Assembly: GCA_009602735.1 (NCBI GenBank)
Contig: WELA01003597.1
Location: 1 to 64,000, forward strand
Source of the DNA: Mesotaenium endlicherianum
Taxonomy: Eukaryota
DNA: 64,000 bases
Reading direction: 5' to 3'
Part shown: positions 48,355 to 62,546 of the stretch, piece after piece
How the letters are laid out: each line of letters begins with the position of its first letter
How positions within the stretch are numbered: position 1 is the stretch's first letter
Program-made: the position numbers and the translations under genes
Notes under the pieces: model-generated
What the model was told of the DNA's origin: nothing
Seen by the model: only the letters and a program-made list of their open reading frames with translations
Databases searched by the model: none

Positions 48355-48759
48355 GAGCGGGCAGGCGGAGCTTAGTAAGGCAGACGCGGCTGAGCTCAGG
48401 CTAAACTGCAAGATCGAGGCTGGGACAGTTTAGATTTTCTTGCCACGCAATATGTTTGTCGACAAACACATCTACGTGTTAGGCCAGCTTATAGTCCACC
48501 GCGAGCTCCTAGTGGGACCGCACTGTTAGAAAAGTGGTTGTGGAAAATTTTGGAACCAAAAGAAAGAACTGGTGTGTCAGGTAGGGTTGCGTGCAAATTC
48601 ATATGGCGCGTCATTTATTTGCGTAAGGCCTACGTGGACTAGCCTTACATGTGCGAGTGCTAGTTTTGTAATGAAGGAACTTTGAGTGCTAGATTTACAA
48701 AATTTGAAGTGCTAGTTTTGTTATCTGCCCATTCATAATATGTTACGAGATTGGACCAA

Positions 48760-50335
48760 TGTCGCGACTGTTATCCACTTGACGGTGCCGCACGCGCAGC
48801 GCAAGTCACGGCCGACCAAAGGACTGAGTTATCTCAGTCAGCGGTTATGTCAAAGTCGTTATTACTGTCAAAGTGGTCACGACACGTCAAACCCCACACC
48901 CACGGATGGATGGGGATTTGGACGGAGTAGTCAGCTGAAAGGCTAGGGGCCTGGAACCAGCAATGAGCCAGCCCAACAAGTGCCAAGTAAGGTACTGATC
49001 AATCGGCAATCGAAGCCAAGTACAGCAGGGATGTTGCAGAGGCGTTGTGTGCCACCTCGGCCAAGACCCTCGAGTGACTAGCCACGGCTCAAGCGTTCAT
49101 CTCAAACGCTGCCTACCGCCAGCCACATAGGCGTAATTGCCAGCTGAAAGGCTAAGCAGTCACGCGCGACAGTCACAAGGCGTGCATGCATGCCGAGTGA
49201 CAACTTCTAAAGCTGTTTGAGGGCTGCTAGGTAAGGACGGCATGCAAGCTAGGCGCTGTGACTAAGCACTGGCATTCTCGAGAGAGGATAATGCGTGGTG
49301 CCTGCGAAAGGCACGAGTCCTGCCTGAAGCTGCCTCATTCTTGCTCGCATCGTTGTCAAGGAAGCTGAAGGAGCAGGTACGAAAGGAAAGGAGAAGAAGG
49401 AGCGCGAAGAAGAAGGAGTTCCCAAGGCCACAGAAGAGCCGAGACGCCACGCTTCTGCCGACGTTGGAAGATTTCTTCTCAAGTGTATCATAGAAAGGTT
49501 AGACCTCAGCAGTTTCTAAGAGGGGATCTCACTGGTAGAAAGTAGAGAGCTGCAGAATAGAATCTGGTAGGAGATTAGCATAGATTCGGGTCAAACACCA
49601 CAAGCGTGCGAAAGTTACTTAAAATGGTGAGTGCCGTGTTAGTTTCCAAGTTCTCAGAAGTCTCAATTGTCGAATTGCTGATAGCAAGAGTAGTATTAAC
49701 AAGTAAAGCTCTTAGTGAAGAACTGAGTGAGCCCAGCCAAGCAGTGAAGAACTGTTAAGGTGCGGTGTTGAGCGAAGAGCTCAGACCAGGCCAGCATAAA
49801 TGTGCAGTTTCAGAGTTTTGTAAGCTGTGACTTTGTGAAAGTTAAGCGAAAGCCTTGAAGGGCGAATTTCTCTGAATCTGGCATTGCCTGTGAAGCTGCT
49901 TAGACGTGATTTCTACAAACTACAAACTTGTTCATTTTGTAAACCCTCAACTTGGGCGAAAGCCTGTGTGGAAGTAAGACGCTTCTGTCTTTGTAAGGGA
50001 AACTGAGGATAAGCTAAGTTTTCGAAAATCTCTACTGAGTGTTGGTAGTGTGGAATGAGGAACTGGTTGAGCATGGAAGTTCTGAGTGTGGGATGCTTCA
50101 TCGCATGATGCAAGTGCAGGAAGATCAGGAATGGGTCAACCCCCAGCTAGTCTGCCGCCGACACACGTGCAAAGGTCGATCAACCCGGTCGATTCCCCAC
50201 GTGCAGCAACGCTCCAACCAAACGACCAGGGAATCCCCGCACGCGAGAAGGACTGCCGACACGTCGACCAAATTGAAGGCACACCTGCTGAGAAGCCACG
50301 CTCGTGCCAGCGATCCGACGCTGTTAGGCACGACG
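48760..50335 (+). mobile_element. Solo A+B terminal unit of the element 1 family with 4-bp TSD CCAA
   Basis: Starts TGTCGCGAC. The A/B junction is at 49991/49992 (TGTAAGGG). Ends GGCACGACG. CCAA at 48756-48759 and 50336-50339. Confidence 0.88.
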
Positions 50336-51239
50336 CCAAGGGCGACCGGGACTAATATGAGGTCCACTGCAAGTCAATCGTGCGATAGGACACCGACATG
50401 TTTTGGCCGGTATGGGCATGTACTAAGCCGTACTGGGAAAGACTGGTGGAGGCAGCAGCTAATAGCGGGCAGACACCACACCGCTCGGAGGGCACGCTTG
50501 GAGCTTATGCACGAGACTTGTTTTGCTCTTACGAATCCGATACAGGTTCGTTCAGCTCCTCAGTGCATGCTCCACTGAAGGTGCCCGTCCACTCCATCGC
50601 GACAATCTATCTTAGGGGAATATACCAACAGCAGACCGGGCCAAATACGAGGTGGTGAACGCTGAGATTACTCTTGTTCCGCAGGCTTTACTGCCGATAA
50701 CATTGTGCGACCTCTTCCCTGCTACATCATGCATCGGTTTGACTCACTGCTGTGATGGGAGCGATACAATGAGACTGCTTTTATAAGTGTGGGATGTTTA
50801 TCTGTCTCATCTGCAGGCGGTGTTGTCAGCTCATTGCATGAATTTTGTTCTGCATTTGTAGTTTTGAAGACTATGCATAGTGACGAGGTTCTTACTTTCT
50901 GTATCCTAGTCGCAAACAACGACCGGGGAATCTGTAATGTATAGGTATCTACTAAAGAAGGCTGGATCTGACATCCGAATAATTTGACTGCGGTAGTATT
51001 GACCAATTTTTTTTGTTATGTTGGACCTCATTATACAATGCAGCAGAATATAGTTTCCTGATGTACATCCACGCAATGTGCGATGGAGCCTCTACGATAC
51101 TTGTTTACTCAAACAGCGATGCTACATTTTATTGCAAATCCGCATCAAACAAGAAGCCTACTTCTCATGTTACTGGTATCCCTGCAATCTCATTGCCGTT
51201 CATCGTTTGCTTGTGGCAGGTTCTGACGAAAAGGGAGAG

Positions 51240-54207
51240 ATGAGTCAGACGGTTCAGCCTGTCCTTCTGTATGGTGTGCTCTATGTGAGCCTCCATGAGG
51301 CAAAGAATTGCATCAGTGAGGCACCCTTGTCCCTCCATGCACCAAAGTTCCTCAAAGGGGTAAGATTTCTGCCTGGTGTCTGGGTGCTGAAAGTTCTTAC
51401 AACATATAACAAGGTTCTCACTGGTGACTGCATGTGAAGTAATTTCAGCTCAGTATGGAACTGTCAACTTTGGACAACCTCACATCACACGTCATTATCA
51501 AGAGTTGGACAGCCGGCACATGTAAGAGTAATTGTTGAGCTGAGAGAGAGAGCATGCCGTGGTACATGAGCAGGTGCTGGAGTCTGCGGAGTCGGTGGCA
51601 GGGTTGAACAAGGAGAACAGCGACTGCTACGCCACCGTGGATCTGCACACGGCACGCGTGGGGCGCACGCGCGTCGTGCACTCCACAGTGCACCCCATCT
51701 GGAACGAGTCTTTCCGCCTGCTGTGCGCTCACGAGTGCAGCCACGTGATGGTGAACGTCAAGGACGACGACGACGTGGGCGCCAAGGAGCTGGGCCAGGT
51801 GGCGGTGCCCGTGACGCAGCTGCTGAGCGGCGAGCCCGTGCAGGGCTGGTTCGACCTTGTGGACAAGAAGGGCAACCGTATCAAGCACGGGCCGTCCGTC
51901 AGCTTCCGCCTACAGTTCATCGAGGCCTCCAAGGACCCCGCCTACAACGCCGGTATCGGCGACGGGTCGCGCTTCCCCGGCCTCGTCAACACCTATTACC
52001 CGCTGCGCACGGGCTGCTCCGTGCGCCTCTTCCAGGACGCGCATGTCAAGGACGGTGCCATGCCGCCCATCTACCTGGCGGGCGGCAAGCCCTACGAGCC
52101 CAAGCGGTGCTGGGAGGAGATCTACGAGGCGCTGTCGGCTGCGCAGCACTTCATCTACATCTCCGGCTGGTCCGTGTACGGCAAGATAGAGCTCGTGCGC
52201 GACCCTGCCCGCATGATTCCCGGCAGCCAGGGCGTGACATTCGGCGAGCTCCTGAAGCGCAAGGCAGACGAGGGTGTGCGCGTGCTGCTGCTGGTGTGGG
52301 ACGACAAGACGTCGCAGAACAGCCCTTTCCTGCAGAAGGGCATCATGAAGACGTACGACCAGGACACGCTGGCCTACTTCAAGAGCAGCAAAGTGGAGTG
52401 CGTGCTCTGCCCCCGCATTCCTGACAAGAGCCTCAGCTTCTTCCAGGGCCTCCAGGTGCGTCAGGCCCTCCTCTACTTCGCGTGTGGCGCTTGTTGTGGA
52501 CTGGAGGACGCGCAAGGCCAAAAACAGGTGACATGACCAGTGTTGGCTGGTGCCTTTCTGTGTGTGGGTGTGGGTGTGGGTGTGCGCGTGTGTGCAGATC
52601 GGGACGCTGTTCACGCACCACCAGAAGATGGCGGTGATGGATGCGCCGTTCCTGGATGACCCCCACTCGGGAACGCGCAGGCTCGTGGGCTTTGTGGGCG
52701 GCATCGACCTGTGCCACGGGCGCTACGACAACCAGGACCACTCCGTGTTCCGCACGCTCAACACCGTGCACAGCCAGGACTTCCACCAGGGCTGCTTCGA
52801 CGGCGCGTCCCACCGCAAGGGCGGGCCCCGCGAGCCATGGCACGACATCCACTCGCGCGTGGAGGGCCCCATTGCGTGGGACGTGCTCAACAACTTTGAG
52901 CAGCGCTGGCTGAAGCAGGCGGGCGCCAAGAACGACCACCTGCTGGTGCAGCTCACGCAGATCCCCGCCATCCAGCCGCCCGCGCCCGTCAACCACGAGG
53001 CTGATCCCGAGACCTGGGGCGTGCAGCTGCTGCGCTCCATCGATGGCGGCTCTGTGGTGGGCCTTCCCGAGGTGCCGGAGGAGATCTCAGCGGCGGGGCT
53101 GGTGAGCGGCAAGGGCAACGTGGTGGAGCGCAGCATCCAGGACGGCATGATCCAGGCCATCCGCCGCGCGCAGCGCTTCCTGTATATCGAGAACCAGTAC
53201 TTTCTGGGCAGTTGCCACATGTGGGAGAAGGACCAGGCGGTGGGCTGCTTCAACCTCATTCCCGTCGAGATCGCGCTCAAGATCGTGCGCAAGATCGAGG
53301 CGGGCGAGCGCTTCACGGCCTACATCGTCATCCCGCTGTACCCCGACGGCGTGCCCGAGGCGGGCTCCACGCAGGCCATCCTGGACTGGCAGCGCAAGAC
53401 CATGCAGATGATGTACTCTCTCATCGCCAAGGCCCTGCGCGCCAACGGGCGCTACAATGAGCACCCACGCGACTACCTGACCTTCTTCTGCCTCGGCAAT
53501 CGCGAGGCGGAGCGCCCCGACGATTTCCGGCCCACAGAGCGCCCTGACCCCGAGTCCGACTACTTCTTGTCCCAAATCCACCGCCGCTTCATGGTGTACG
53601 TGCACTCCAAGCTCCTGATCGGTACGTGCCTCGCAGCGCTTGCACTTACTCCTACTTGTGGCATTCCTGTCGAGCATTTGCGAAGGCACGCACCAAAGCG
53701 CACACAGGTGTGGGGGAGTTAAGGTTTTGCACTAATGTTGTGGGGTTGGGCGCGGTGCGGTTGGCAGTGGACGATGAGTTTGTGATTGTGGGATCCGCCA
53801 ACATCAACCAGCGCTCTCAGGATGGCTCGCGCGACACGGAGCTGGCAATTGGTGCCTTCCAGCCTCACCACACGATGGGGACATCCGCTGACGGTTTGCC
53901 ACTCGGCGAGATCCACGGCTTCCGCATGTCTCTGTGGGCTGAGCACACGGGCATCATTGAAAGCACCTTCCTACAACCCTGGAGTGTGGAGTGCATGAGA
54001 AGAATGAATGAGATTGCTCAGCACAATTGGAACACCTTTGCAGATATCAACATCAGCGACATGGCAGGCCACCTGATGCGCTACCCCATTGAGGTCGCCA
54101 TCGACGGGTCCGTGACGAGCATCGAGGGCCAAGAGTTCATTCCCGACACAAAAGCATTGGTAGCTGGAAAGAAATCAGGGACGCTTCCCGAGATCCTGAC
54201 CACTTGA
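51240..54207 (+). CDS. PLD: Phospholipase D, C2-type alpha-like (~821 aa); exons 51240-51359, 51574-52455, 52598-53621, 53768-54207
   Basis: C2 domain, two HKD motifs ([16 protein letters not shown]), [18 protein letters not shown] and C-terminal LPEILTT. GT-AG introns keep the frame (2466 nt). Confidence 0.95.
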
Positions 54208-55324
54208 GGCTTATTGGTTTCCCACTTTCGTAGTAATGCTTGTTGCGATTCAGGACTTGATGTGCCTGAAAGACTCCTAGGTGGTCACAATCTTAAGGAA
54301 GCGAAGGCAGCCAGCCAATGCAGCTGAAGTGGAAGGCAGCTGTTAATTATTTGTGCACGTCGTCGACTACGTACGGCAAGAATTGTAACTTAGGTCATTG
54401 CACAAGTTGGGCTAGCTGACTTCGTTGACTTCTAATTTCTGGCCTCTTAGCCATATTTTGGCACTTTACGGGCCCATCATCTAGTGTACTACCCATATTC
54501 CGTCGAATGTACATGTGAAGGGAAACCATTATAGCTCAGATGACTGTATGTACAAAGATAGTTTCATTTATCAGTGTAATTTATATGCTCTTTCTTTGAC
54601 GTATTTAGCAATCACAGAGAAATATACCTGTGAAAATAGTGGCATGGTGGCATTGCTTCATAACCTTTTGTAGAAAATCAACATGTGTTGCTTTGGTAGT
54701 ACGTCCAACAGGCCTTTAGTGTAAGGACATCTCACATTGGCTATCAGTACAGATATGAATTTGTATCGGTTTACATGCGTCATATGACCTAGCAACAGTC
54801 AGTCTCGCTAAATAATGTTCTGTATGCAGTATCTTGATCATCATCCAGGCAATGTTGCCTATATCTCATATTTTAGGCATCCAGTATGTAAGTGTCAATC
54901 AGGCTTCTCATGCTAGTAGTGATAACCTGTAATACTCGATACTCTCCAGACATACCTTGTCTCTTACTTAAACTGAGCATTGTCAGTCACAAGCTACAGA
55001 ACACATACCTTCCAATCACAGAAAGTTGCAGAAACTACTTCGACCATTCTTCATTTTGTACTACTTCAACAACCTTTTTGGAAAGTAGTCTAGTTGTAAA
55101 AGGGTGAACAGTTGCTGGCCATTGCACACTAATTGGCAAACACCAAATGCAATGGATGCGCAAATGGCCTAAGCATCTGGCAACCATTATTAGCAGAAGG
55201 TAACTAATCTTGGAAGGCAGCAACCTCAATTGTGTCACTCACTACTGCCTATCTTGACTGAACCTACTCACGCATTCCTACAGGTGATCAGTACACATTC
55301 AGCGGAACCTCCATAGCAGCCCAC

Positions 55325-58300
55325 CTAAACTTCATATGCAGGCTCCACATCACTAGGAGCAGTCTTCCTACTCTTGTCCGATTTAGTGACAGATTTAGTA
55401 TCGATAGGCGTGGCAAGCTCATCCGGTCGGCCATCATCCGGCTGCAGGCACTGGGGCATGTATGCTGCCACCAGCTGATCCCCTGAGGGCACTAGAGCCT
55501 TATCTCTTGCTGCATTGTGCAGGGCCGTTACCTCATAGGACCGGTAGAACTTGCTGTACGTGTACAGGTAGTACGCGATGGTGATGAAAGGCAGCGGAAT
55601 CATGAACACCGTGCCCGCAAACTTCTTGATTCCAAAATAACCGAGGGCTGTCACTTGGGCAATGAGAAGGGCTACCACGATGCGCGCGTGGATGTGGGGC
55701 CACATGCGCCCTTTGCTCTCATACTGCGGCACATACACATACAGAGCCTGCAAAAACAACACACACACACATAGGAGAGGAGACCCACATCAAGAAATTG
55801 TCCAGCCACCAGTAGCAGCTGGGCTAGCTTAGACCCAGCAGTGGTAATCAGCCTTAACCTTACGCTTGAAGTAGTGCTTCCACTAGCTGGCCTGTCAACG
55901 ACCAGAACTGCTGGTTTGACACTACAAAAAAACTGCTGGTAAAAGAGTAGAGTAGTTGGTCAACCCACGCCCCCAATTCTCCTCTGCGACTCACCTGGTT
56001 TTTGAACACCACGTAGCTGACGGCAAAGTAGCAGACAGTGAAGGGCAGAATCATGGGCGCGATGACGGCGTAGCAGAGGCCCAGGGTGACGACCAGCATG
56101 TCGTCCGGCACCAGGCCCGCATAGTCCAGCCCCTTGGGCGCCCAGGCTTCGTTCAGCTCCTGCTCCGTTTTGCACAGAAACTTGCGCTTGATGGTGTAGA
56201 TGATGAGCGGAGAGATGCGCGCCAGCTCCAGCCCCTTGCCCACCAGGAACCTGCACGCATGCAAGCTCAGGGTCAGCCTCACGCCTTGCAAGCATCCTCT
56301 CCTACACACACACAATGACTTCCAGGAGGAGGAGCTCACATACCCCCCCCCCCCCCCNNNNNNNNNNNNNNNNNNNNNNNNNNNNNNNNNNNNNNNNNNN
56401 NNNNNNNNNNNNNNNNNNNNNNNNNNNNNNNNNNNNNNNNNNNNNNNNNNNNNNNNNNNNNNNNNNNNNNNNNNNNNNNNNNNNNNNNNNNNNNNNNNNN
56501 NNNNNNNNNNNNNNNNNNNNNNNNNNNNNNNNNNNNNNNNNNNNNNNNNNNNNNNNNNNNNNNNNNNNNNNNNNNNNNNNNNNNNNNNNNNNNNNNNNNN
56601 NNNNNNNNNNNNNNNNNNNNNNNNNNNNNNNNNNNNNNNNNNNNNNNNNNNNNNNNNNNNNNNNNNNNNNNNNNNNNNNNNNNNNNNNNNNNNNNNNNNN
56701 NNNNNNNNNNNNNNNNNNNNNNNNNNNNNNNNNNNNNNNNNNNNNNNNNNNNNNNNNNNNNCCCCCCCCCCCCCCCCCCAAAAAAAATGCCTACAGGCAT
56801 CCACCGGCGATGCGCGATGTGAATGACAGGTCAGCATGGCTAGTGGAGTCCACCAAGCCGAGAAGAAGTAGACTGGAGATCGAGCTACGTGCAGCAGTAA
56901 GCTCAGGAGTCGTACTTGAGCGCGATGAAGGTGATGAAGAAGGTGGAGTTCTGCGGCAGGGAGGAGCCCAGCAAGTCCACCACGCTGCCGGGGTTCTTGA
57001 TGATCTGCTGCAGCGCGTTGAACAGGCTTCCCGCCAGCGTCACTCCCAGGAAGACGTTGAAGATCTGGAAGTAGAAGAGCTTGCCAGAGGTGGCTCTCAC
57101 AATGTGACTTTCAGACGGAATGCCTTCGGCCTTGGAGAGCATCTTGCAGAACATGGGGAGCAGCGCCAGAAACACAATCAATGCCAGCTGGGGCAAAAAC
57201 GCCTCCAGGAATGACTTCAGAGCAGGCCTGCAAAACCCGACTCGCCTCCATCACATTGGGCTCAGCCTAGCTCGTTGCAAAGTCCCACTTGCTATTTGCC
57301 ACAGAATATACACGATGCAGTCAGTGAGGGGAGAAGTATTCGAGTATGCCTCACTTGTCAATGATAGCCTTTAGGAAAGGCAATGATTTCCTGAGATTCT
57401 CCATTGTTGTGAAACTTGACACCAGCGCGATGGGAATCTGCACAAACAAAAGTGGGGCATGTCACTTAGGGTACGTGCGCACACACCCACACGCTTACAC
57501 ACAGGAAGAGAGCCTGAGTGGCAGCTCGTGACGCAGGCACCGGGTGGGAGTGGGGATTCCTGTACCATGTAGAAGCAGACGGTGAGGAACATGATGGCGT
57601 ACACGGTGAGCTCCCGCGATCGGCGCTGGTACACGGGAATGGCCAGGTTCTCCCACACCACTTCTCGCGGCTCTGGTGCAGCGGACACAATCCACCTGTC
57701 TGCCCGGTCCTCATGCATGCTCTGGGAAGCACTCGCGGCGGAGACAGCGTTGGTGAAGAAGGAGAGCGCCGCGCCCCCCGCGGTGCTGGAGATGGCATCC
57801 CGCTGGTGCGCCTGCAGCTGCGGCACCAGCAGCTCCACCTGCTCCGTCCAGTAGTCCACGGAGTCCACCTTGGGGCCGCAGAGGCCCAACATCTTGGTCT
57901 TGTGCATGGGTCGCTTGGGCTTGCCAGCCGCTTCTGACAGCTGGAGCGCAGCTCTGGCATGCGCGAGCTTCCTTTTGGCCTTGTCCAGCGCCTTCCACGC
58001 CTTCACCGCCTGCAAACAAGCGGTCCCTTGTCAGTTGTGGTGCAGCACTCACTTGCAAAATCTCTCAGTCTCCTTCTGCACCTGCCCCCACCCTCGCCCT
58101 CACCACCAGTCCCATCCGGCAATCTGCATGCACCACCTGAGGGGGCTGCTGGAATGCCGCCCATTTGTCATTCACACAAGAGAGCTTGTTGGCGTGAGCG
58201 GCTCTCAGACTCACTGGGTCACCACTCTGCAGCTGCAGCAGAACCATAACTTTACATGACTGATCATGAGAGGCATGGCGTATGGGGAGTCAAGAGACGG

Positions 58301-59539
58301 TTGGTAACCTCTTTCAGTGCTGGCACAAGGAGTGATTTCTGGTAGGTCTTGCCGTGGATTTCGCCCATGTACGAGTCGATCACAGCGGCTGCAGCAGCAC
58401 CCTCACTGCCAAGCTCCTCCTCCTGGGAGTCAGCAGCAGCCGGCACATCGCGGACAAGCACCGCCAGCCTCTCCACTCCGAAGGACACCGCCTGGTGGCG
58501 CCTCATTTCGGTGATTTCCGTGTACGTCTTGAGCAGAAAGTATAGAGCTCCTAGAGTGACCCAGTACGCGCCAATGGCACACGCCCACAGCCGGTTTGAC
58601 TTCGGCTGCAACATCCATACGGCACCACCCACCCTGCCCGTCATTCATCCCTTCATGTCACGCTGGCGTTCCGCTTCCATTCGCTTCAGCCAACAACAGA
58701 GTGTGAGCTCATTGCTATCTATGGAGGGTCTATCCTCCAGTGTACAAGAGGTGACATTGTACCTTAATGTTTCCCATTGCCAGTTTGTCGAAGTCATCGT
58801 ACTTGAGCTGCTTCTTCGGGTCAGTCAGCCCCTGGTTGTGATCCTTGTAGAAACTGTCGGTTGCGCAGATGGGGAGAAGGACAACAAGGCAGTACAGGCT
58901 TGCCCATGCCAGGATGAGAAGGCCTGCATCACCATCCGCCTCCCCACATCAGTAAAGACATGCATGCGCGCAGTGTCGTTGCGATGAGCCCTGATCCAAC
59001 TGATGACTGAGCTCATGTTTTCATGTGCAGGAGAGAAGCTAACCAGACTATAGTCCTTGCTAGTGCCTTCCACACGCAACTAGCAGAGAGACTTCAAAGC
59101 CCAGGCCTTAAGCATAGCAGGCCGGTCCTGACACGTTTGCTTACATGCCGCATTGAGTTTCCCTTTACCAGTCTCTCAACAAGCTGGTCTACAACTTGTG
59201 AGTTGACATGGAATAGCGCAGACTTTCACAGCGAAGCAAAGCAAAGGATATGGAGAGTTCAGTTAATAAACCTGTATAGAGGAAACGGAGGTATACTGCT
59301 GCATCAAGGCCGGCGAAGCTTATTAGCTCCTCCTCATTGACGTGTATGATGCCCTTCAGCCACTGCAACACACCTCTCTTGTGCTTTTCTGGAGGCGGAT
59401 CCCCTGCAACGGCTTTTGCAGAGTAGTATATCACGTGGTTACCTCTGATCTGTGCAAGGATAGCAAAGACCAACACCAAGATGCTTCCAATGATTGCAGA
59501 TGTAATGAGAGAAGTCAATAGTGAACTAAGTGACACCAT
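55325..59539 (-). CDS. ERD4: OSCA/CSC1/ERD4-family osmosensitive cation channel (multi-exon)
   Basis: N-terminal TM helix, AGLDAAVYLRF, APEPREVVWENL, FLPQLAL, FNVFLGVTL, STFFITFIAL, YAVIAPMILPF and YESKGRMWPHIH. Not all exon boundaries were resolved. Confidence 0.92.
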
Positions 59540-60482
59540 CTCTGGACCTTGAAGTGACAGATACTACTGCTAATGATGCCCGCTGGCCTTTGTGAACATA
59601 AACGGCACGGGTTGTGCAGCATGAGCTTGTCCTTGAGACAGGGGCATTCGGCGAGTATGTGCAGCAACACAGCCGCTCTCGCTGACAAGGAGAGCACCCG
59701 CCCTACGTACTAAGTTTGTTAACTCGTTTTCCCTGCATAACACAGTACATGAACAGATTATGAGAGGCTGTATACCGAACAGGAAGAGAAGTGATGTACT
59801 TTGAAGGTAGATTCAAATGCATATACAGTTCAAGGCGTTGCAAGTCGGCTCACGAAACTCACTATCACTGCAGATTGCAAGCTGATTAGAGAACAACCGC
59901 AGCCATAACAAGCAAGCAACTTGAGCCCCTTCGGATGCTAGGTGCGATACCCTTCCAGGGGAATGGGTGCTCAATGTTGTAACCAATGAGGTGCCCTCAT
60001 TCAGTAACCGAAAACGTGCAGTCAGCTGACATACCTTATTGAAAATAATGGAGCCTTGGTTTGAAGTCCTACAAAGAATCACAATGGGCCGTTGCACTAT
60101 CAGGAAGTAAAAGCATTTGAATGAACACTAAATGAGAAGTGGACATGCAGCGGGGCTCAGGAGTCGCAGGCCAGAGTTGAGCTTCGGGATATGTTGGGCC
60201 TCAGAAGAAGGCTGGATGAAGCTGTTGACAGTGGTGCACGGGGCCATGCAGTCCCCGGCAGATGTGGACAATGTTGTTTGAAGTTCGATGTTGAGACGAG
60301 GGGCACTCTGGACTAGAGCTCTGGAGCAGTCGAGCTGTCTGGACTCTCAGGACTCCGGAGCAGTCGGGGGCGAGGCGGTGAATGTCGAGTCAGGTCGAGA
60401 ACCATTTCCAACGTGATTCTGCGTGTCGCGACAATCGTGTCGGAAGATACGACGGGTAGACGTGGGTAGAGACGGGATATTG

Positions 60483-60580
60483 ACTCCAGCTAGCACCAGC
60501 TAGCACCAGCTTTAGCCCAGCTCCAGCCAGCTCCAGCCAAACCATGCCTAACTCCAGCTCACCAGCTCCGTCCAGCTGCC
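60483..60580. repeat. Low-complexity CCAGCT-core repeats between divergent genes
   Basis: ccagctagcaccagctagcaccagctttagcccagctccagccagctcc... Confidence 0.7.
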
Positions 60581-61420
60581 TCCAAGTGCCACTTCAAGGT
60601 AAATCGACAGTGTGCATCCGATTGGACTGCTTGCATTGCCGTACTTCACGGAATGACGTTAATTGGTTAGGGCTGGTCCACGGGCTACAACCAGGCTACA
60701 ACTGCCCTCTATGAGCCCAATATATATGTTGGTCATTTCCCCTAGCATATCCATTGAGTATCTATCAACTCACTCAATCATTTCACGCCTTGCCTAGTGG
60801 TCAAATTAGCCGAAGTAAATACTTTATTGCAACTTTAAAAAGTGCGTCAATCTACCCCAGCTCTGCGGAGAGGGATGTATGTCCCCAGGCTGCCCCCCGG
60901 GTTGGGCCTGTGCGTCGAGCACTGATAAGCGGCGAGGTAGCTCGAGAGTTAAGGTTTGGCTAAGGTGGGCTAAGGTCGTGCCCAGTCATGCCCATTCGTG
61001 CTATGTGACTCGATAATGACAAACAGTGACAGAGATCGGCAGAGATGAGCAGAGATGTAGGCACTGATTGGCACTGATGGCTGCTGACGACGACGGACGT
61101 CAACTTTATGCACACTAATGATCGAGCACCAAGATTGCGTTCATTTAGTACTCATTACTGTACAGTTTGTACACCTTGCAGACGAATAACTCCCAGACTA
61201 CCACATTTCCTGGGTATTGCGCCAGTGCGTAAAACGTTCTACACTGGTTAAGGAGAAGATCTGCTTGTGACAGCGTTTGCCAAGGCTTTTGGGTTCGTCA
61301 GTACTGAACTTTTATCGTGCGCCCATGCTAGTTTCATAGATGGGCTAGCTCGTATACGAACCTTTAGTTTGTAACGTTGACTGCCAATTGATCAGACTCG
61401 CTGAAAGCTAGGATTTATTG

Positions 61421-62546
61421 ATGGCCATGCAGAATGCTCACGAGCTCATTTCGAGCACCACTTCGAAGATACCTATAATTGATAATCATTGTCATAACCT
61501 TGTTAACGATGCATCGAGCATCTCGTATATTAAATTGTTTACAGAAGCTGAAGGAGAAGCACTGGCGGATGTTGTGCACACCATCACTTTTAAGGTAGAC
61601 AACAGGGTCACAAAAAAAGTTACCTCCCTTCACCAACTCATACCCCTCTATACTCATCAGTCAAGAATTGTCACCTCAAACATGTGGGTATGGTGCTGAC
61701 ATGTTCTGGCAAGGTGTAGATAGCCTCGAAGGAGCCCCTCGGGCCGGCTGTCAGCTGCTGTATTACAGTTGTAAATTTCTTCCCTTATCAACCGTGGGGG
61801 CAGCGCAGATGTATATAGTTGGAGGTGCACCCTGTGGAATACTACTCTTGAAACAGTCTGCAAACGCTGGAACAATGAAAGGGTCATGGTAGCAGATCAC
61901 TCTCCACCTCAGCATACATGGCTTTAAGTAAAGAAAAATAGAGCTGATGCTGGACTTACTGACCCAATTCTGATGCTGAGCCTAGGCAGGATACGTGCCA
62001 ACCTGTCAGCCTAAATTAAGCTTGTGGATGTATATGGCTTAAGCCCATGTGCGCGTGTCCTCATGGGCGTGAATTTGTGAAGCAAAGTTGATAGGACCCA
62101 ATACTTGCCAACACAAATTGCACCCAGGTACTAAAATTAGAGTGATAGAAAGTCTACGAGCTTAACCCATGTAGTTGAGCTGGCTGCTGGAGGTTATCAG
62201 CTAGCTATTTCTATCCAGCTGCTCTGTAAGCTGGCGCTTTATTGACCTCTAACTTCTCCAATCACTCATGGCCTGTGTTGTGCTACATGCGCAGAGAAGC
62301 CTGAGGGACATTGCAGAGATTTTGAAAGCTGACCCTTTATTGGCTGATGTGGAAGCAAAGCGACGGGCTCTGGGAGTACAGGGTGTCACAAAGAAGTTCA
62401 TAGGTGCTGCAAATATTGAGGGCCTACTCATGGACGATGGCTTGTCGTTGGATGGCATGCATGAGCTCAAGTGGCACATGCAATTTGTGCCACTTGTCAA
62501 GCGGGTTCTCAGGATTGAAGCGGTTGCAGAGCAACTTTTGGCCCAG
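61421..62546 (+). CDS. NodGS: Nodulin/glutamine synthetase-like (NodGS/FluG) protein, N-terminal amidohydrolase exons 61421-61594 and 62295-62546; presumably continues beyond the window
   Basis: IDNHCHNLV..FTEAEGEAL..TFK|RSLRDIAE..LLMDDGL..WH..FVP.V.RVLRIE..AEQ matches the remembered plant NodGS N-terminus. GT-AG sites are in phase. Confidence 0.85.

Noticed and set aside
55860..57214. Long ORFs running through X residues
   Set aside because: They span an N gap flanked by poly-C in an OSCA intron; only the exon parts are real.
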